Shown: piece after piece, positions 52,725 to 64,000 of the stretch
Layout of the letters: each line of letters starts with the position of its first letter
Position numbering within the stretch: position 1 is the stretch's first letter
Source of the DNA: the human T2T-CHM13v2.0 reference genome, Homo sapiens
DNA: 64,000 nt
Reading direction: 5' to 3' (one strand)
Assembly (NCBI RefSeq): GCF_009914755.1
Contig: NC_060929.1
Notes under the pieces: generated by a model
Told to the model about the DNA's origin: nothing
Seen by the model: only the letters and a program-made list of their open reading frames with translations
The model's database searches: none
Translations under genes and position numbers: made by a program

Positions 52725-53020
52725 CATTAGCAACCTTTACTGTACATTAGAATTACCTGGAATAGATTAAATCAGTATATTTTAAAAATAAATATTTATT
52801 TTAAAAATAAGGATTTATTTTAATTATAAATAAGTATTTTTAAAAGTATTAAAAATATTTTTAAAGTATTAAAATAAATCAGTATTTTTAAAAATACTGA
52901 TTTATGGGCCCCACTCCCAGAGATTCAGTTTTATTTTACCTAAAGGGAGACCCTGGCATCAGTTTCCTTTTAATAGTACTCATCTGATTTGAATGTGCAT
53001 CCAAGGTTAAGACAGCTACA
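52725..53020. mobile_element. MER5-like relic with AT-rich fold-back expansion
   Basis: tgtacattagaattacctgg...gggccccactcccagagattcagtt; AT block 52765-52905. Confidence 0.7.
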
Positions 53021-53609
53021 TTATTTGATATCTTTTTTTGAGGTGAATAAAAGGAAGTCTTCATGAATGAATTAGAGGACCAAAAGTTTGCTGCCTTAAT
53101 CTGTACAGTGTCCAAGTCTTAGAAACTCTTATGAAACCTTTTTAGGATAACTGACAATGTACATTTTATAGTATTCTGATATTTCAGTTTAACAAGGGGT
53201 TCTAAGCTGTCTAGAACTAATATTTTATAAATTACCCCCTATTATTCAGAAATGATGATTAAAACACATATTATTGTGAAGCTACTTAACCTCTCTTTGT
53301 TTCAGTTTCCTCATCGATGAGATGGGAATAGCAGTAGTAATGACCTCATAGGTTGTTGTGAAGAAAGTCCTTAGATCAGTGCCTGGCTCATATTAATTCC
53401 TGAATATTTTTGGAGGGTAGGGGAAAATATATAAAGGAACTTGAATATTGATAGCATTAATAGTAATTCATTAAGATTATAGTTTTTCTTCATTTTGTTT
53501 TATATTCTTACATGTCTGCCTACTTTTGTTTAATTGAAAGAAGCTCAGATCATGATACATATGAGGGAGTAAAGATAGAAAACATAATGAACATTTTTTC
53601 CTTTCATAG

Positions 53610-53664
53610 AATCGACGGACTGTAGCTTCTATTAAGAATGACCCTCCTTCAAGAGATAATAGAG
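53610..53664 (+). CDS. KIF2A: KIF2A exon 4 (NRRTVASIKNDPPSRDNR/V)
   Basis: Acceptor ttttttcctttcatag|, donor GAG|GTAAAG; 55 nt, phase 0-1. Confidence 0.95.
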
Positions 53665-53797
53665 GTAAAGTAAAAATTTATCTCTTAATTTTGGCTATTG
53701 ACTTCTTAGTATGTTCCTGACAAGGTAAATCAAAAGTAAACATTACCCTTGATGTTGGTATTTATTTAAATTTTACCTGGCTAATTTTAAGAGGTGC

Positions 53798-55713
<1,916 letters not shown>

Positions 55714-56110
55714 ATTATATTTTACACACATATTTTAGGAGGATTTCTTTGCAGTTTAAAGTTTTAAGACGTGGAGCGGTTTATATATACATATATATTT
55801 TGTTTTCACATATATATTTTAAAGGATTATTAAAAAACAAGCTTGGCTTTGGCTTTTATGTAAATTATTTAGATTGAATTTTGTAGCTAAAATTACATTG
55901 GTGAAAGCTAAGTCTGCACGTATTACTTTGAAAGCCTCTTTTAGCTTATGTCAGTTTATTGAACAGAATTATTATAAACTATATTATATTTTACATACAT
56001 AAATAGAAAACCTGGCAACTTACTAATGTAACTTTTAAGTATCAGGTTTTGGGGGCTATCTCTTCCTTTTACTAAGGTTAGCTTTTACTAATTTTCTATC
56101 CTGAATTTAA

Positions 56111-56260
<150 letters not shown>

Positions 56261-56770
56261 TAAATTATGTATCAAGGATTTAGTCATTTTAGGCATACAT
56301 GTATTCTCTCTTGGTCATCCTTTTAAGTCCTCAAAGAGTAAACACTCTAAATACAAGCTTGATTGCAGATTTCATTTTACCACTGTGGAAAATTTAACTT
56401 CTTCTTATTAGTCTGTTAATTGGGTTTTTTAAAGTATATTTTGGAGCAAAAATTTGTTTGTGAAATTATAGCAATGTTTCAGTTTGAGTTTAAAATTCTG
56501 GGCAGATGATAATTTGTCAGATGTTACAGAAGAATGTGTTGGGCTCCTTGATTCTTTGAATTAAAAAGTCTGTGTTTCTAAACCAAGAGATGACATGTAT
56601 CAATATGTTTGAGTCATTTTTCTGGACTCTCATCTGTACATTGTCCTATTTTAGTTTTGGTAAAGCAGCTCATTAAGTAAAGCTCACGTAGTTGTTATAG
56701 GCATGCTTTGTCACTGTGTACCTTTTATGTGTGTGTGGTGAAGTTATACATAAAAAAAGTTTAATATTAG

Positions 56771-56965
<195 letters not shown>

Positions 56966-58703
56966 TAGATTATATCAGTGAAGGTGATTGATGTGAACAA
57001 AATAATTAAGGCATTTTTTTTGAAGAATTTTAAGAATTCCTTAAATTGATATTGAGGAATAATAAAAACTCTTGTGCAAATAAGTTACCGTAACACATTT
57101 TTACTGCATTGTTCTTTTCATGTTTTATTGGTATGTGTTAACGCTAAAATTTGTTCCATTAAGAAAAAGCCATTGTGTTACAGAATTCTAATGTGTATGG
57201 TGTAACATTTAAGAATTTTTATTTTAAAAAGACCTAAAAATACATTGGGAAAAATACCCAGTTAAAGTGCATGATTAAACTATAAATTTTATTATTGTTT
57301 TTCTATGGTTAGTAAGTTCACATGTCTTAGTGAAAGGGGGGAAATTCCTTGGATTTTCATTTATGCCACATATGAAGAGTGGATCTCTATTGTGTCCCCC
57401 TCAGGGTCCCTTCAGATGGTAGCAAGACTGTTTAATAGCAGTGGGAAAATTGCATAGAAAACTGGTCTTTTACTCTTCTACAGGTCTTTACATATTAGAC
57501 ATTTTGTTATTATACATAACTGCACCATTGTGCTTGTATGGCATCTATTACATTTTCAGAACTACTTTTCTCTAATAAAACATCAAGATTATTTATTTAA
57601 TAGTATGTTCAAATGCCCTTAATCATGTTAAACTACCAGTTCAGATGTTGTGTTGTGGAATTGTGGACCTAGTATTATATCCAACCTGAATGAATCAGCT
57701 TTTATCTGAAAGTGACCTGAGAATGACCAGTTGGGTTTTGAAATGAATAATAAAACATATTATCTACTAATACTTAGCATAGATGCCACCTGGTGTTTCC
57801 TGTGGGTACTTCATAATACTTACACATCTCTCTGTGATCTCTTAATTCTCACTTCACAGTCTGCTTCTCAGTTGACATAGGTGGTATTATTTCCTAGAAG
57901 AAGGTTAATTGAAAGTAAGTTTCAGTAACAGTTTGTAATTTAGTTGCATTCAAAACAAATCTGAATATGATGTATAAAAAAATGTGACTTCTTAGAATGA
58001 TTAATAATTTATTGTTCAAGGCTAGGAAAGACTGTTGACTATTGCTATTTGTATCTTAATCTGAATTTCTGTTTTGAAGCCAAATAAATTGTAGTTGGCA
58101 TTCAAAAATTTGAATTTTAAAGTTTTTTTAAAATGATCTTGGCTTCTGATTCCTTTAAGTTCTATGTTCTGTTGATTTGGGGCAGTTTTGTCATTACTTA
58201 GTATTTTTTAGAAGGTCAGCAAAAATAGAAAATGAAGACAAATGAATCTGTATTTATACTTTGCTGAAACACTGGATTAAATTAGAAGATGAATCTGATT
58301 AAATGAATTTTCCTAGAATTTCAGCTTTTCTAGAGTTATTTGCCAGTGGTAACATGAGCATTATTTCTCTGTTGCTGCATTTTATAGGATAATTAAGGTA
58401 TATGTATAACAGATGGATTTTTGAAATAGGTGAAGGGTAACTTCAATGAAGAGTCCTTAATTTGGAGTTAACAGAATGCATACCGACTAAGAGAATTGTG
58501 TTTGTAAAACACAATTTTACAAACACAAAGTGGTTCAGAGCTTATTATGAAACCACAACTATGAAACTATATAATATCGTCAGTTTAAGTTTAGGCTTGG
58601 TTATGACAAATGGCACAATTTAATTTTAATTTTCAAACCAAATATAAATGTAACAAATACATTATTATATTTATAATGGTGAATTCTCTCTGTCTTCTAA
58701 TAG

Positions 58704-58868
<165 letters not shown>

Positions 58869-59345
58869 TAAATTCATATTGTGTTCAGCTATGTAGTTTT
58901 TCCTTTCCTTGTGGGTGCTCATTCCCCATATTTTAAGAAGAAAATCAAGAAATTATCCACATTAACGCTTATTTTCCATAATTTGGTATATGAGATATGC
59001 TCCCTATAGAGATGTCCTTCTCGAAGCAAAACCTCCCTGTCTTTGGGAGGGCAAAGCAACACTTAAAGGAGTGATAGCAGAAGACTCACTTTCCTTTCTG
59101 ACTGTGAGTTATACTTTGATCTCAGTTCCAAGCTTATCTTTGTCTTGGGCTGTAGATCCCACCATCATTTCTAATTTACTATTGGTAATTTGTTAGTTTT
59201 AAATGTTATTCTGGCTTTTAACAATAAGTGATGGTTGTTGAGGGCTGCAGTGGACCAGAAATCTAGAACTGGAAAAAATCCTCTGCTGTTATTACTCAAC
59301 TCCTTTGCTGTTGATGAATGAGAATTCATTGGACAGGGAGTGCCT

Positions 59346-60946
<1,601 letters not shown>

Positions 60947-61234
60947 TGAACTTAATGCTACTAACAATAGTAGTACCCTCTACAGAATTATTTCCTAAAG
61001 TGATGGTTTTCCAAATAACAAAATAAGCAAGTTTCCATTACACTCAGAATTTTAGAAGTAATTATATCTGACAACCATTAAAATTTGTGCAAAGCTAATT
61101 TGTTTTTTAAGCTTACCTATCATTTATGCTATGTATAAATTTCTAAAACCCCTGGAGGAAATATTACATAATTTACGTTTTAGTGTTTTACATGACACTA
61201 ATAATCACTGAAATAAAATACTTTTTATTTCTAG

Positions 61235-61289
61235 ATTGATGAACATAGGATATGTGTGTGTGTAAGAAAACGACCACTCAATAAAAAAG
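61235..61289 (+). CDS. KIF2A: KIF2A exon 8, start of motor domain (IDEHRICVCVRKRPLNKK/E)
   Basis: Acceptor ctttttatttctag|, donor AAG|GTATGG; 55 nt; kinesin ICVCVRKRPL motif. Confidence 0.97.
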
Positions 61290-61661
61290 GTATGGCACTT
61301 AATGAGCTCTAATAAAAGATTGATTTTATCTTATTTGTAATGTATTTTTATAATAGCAAATCAAATTGGTTTGGAAAAAATGTAAATCATTTCCTTTGAT
61401 TTGTATGTAACCATTATGCAGATTTCTATGGCTAAACTTGTCAGTTTGTTATTGCTCTGAATCATTGCCATTCTGAGTCTTGCTTCACAGAAATCTTGAT
61501 TTTGTTTTTACTTTGCTGTTGAAATATTTTGTCTTAGTGAGTTGCATTTTTATGGGATATTATCTTTATATGTACAGAACTTACTACTTGTATCTTAGTT
61601 CTTACTACTTAAAATAATTTTGTACATGAACTCAAATGCTGTGAAAATTATTGGGCATTGA

Positions 61662-61844
<183 letters not shown>

Positions 61845-62221
61845 TAGGTAAATTCATTTTAAATCAGAATTTTGTTCTTATGCCATGTGGTCATCAGCAC
61901 CTTCAAATTTACATTGATTGTGGGATATTTCTTAAGAGGTGCAATATGCTGTTTTATTCTGAGTTTAAACAAAGAGAATGTAATAAATGCTGTAATGAAT
62001 ATTAACACTTGTTCTCTGTAATGCTCCCCAAAATCATAGTTTCCATTACTATTTGCTAATTAGCTTATTACACATATATATACATATATATACATATCAC
62101 ACAAACCATGTATATGGATAAGAAATTTCGGGAAAATGTTAACATTACCTCTAGGAATAGGATATGATAAGAAGACTTTTAATTTTTACCTTTTAATCTC
62201 TGTACTAATAAAGAAACTTGA

Positions 62222-64000
<1,779 letters not shown>

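Overview
Primate (almost certainly human) genomic DNA, not microbial. It covers the 5' part of the kinesin-13 gene KIF2A on the + strand: about 9 kb of repeat-rich upstream DNA, a CpG-island promoter, coding exon 1 (ATG 9701), a 40.9-kb intron 1, and coding exons 2-9. The nine exons were spliced by hand: all junctions are GT-AG and phases are consistent over 872 coding nt, running through the neck ([10 protein letters not shown]) into the motor domain (KVD finger). The gene continues past the window. Intron 1 holds a decayed sense-oriented CRTC2 processed pseudogene, a probable orphan poly(A)-tailed retro-fragment, a three-level nested insertion (L1 > polyadenylated LTR fragment > Alu), a very young AluYc1 and an AluYd-type element. 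The rest is about 50 Alus plus L1, L2, MIR, LTR and DNA-transposon relics, and nearly all supplied ORFs are Alu or GC-content artefacts. I found no convincing novel biological system. The best leads are regulatory: a Met-Arg-stop uORF overlapping the KIF2A start codon, a candidate stop-containing exon in intron 1 that could shift initiation to Met28, a predicted stop-less exon 2-4 circRNA, the exon 5 alternative donor, and a pseudogene-donated intronic poly(A) site. Repeat subfamily calls and gene identities come from recalled sequences, not database searches, and repeat boundaries are approximate.
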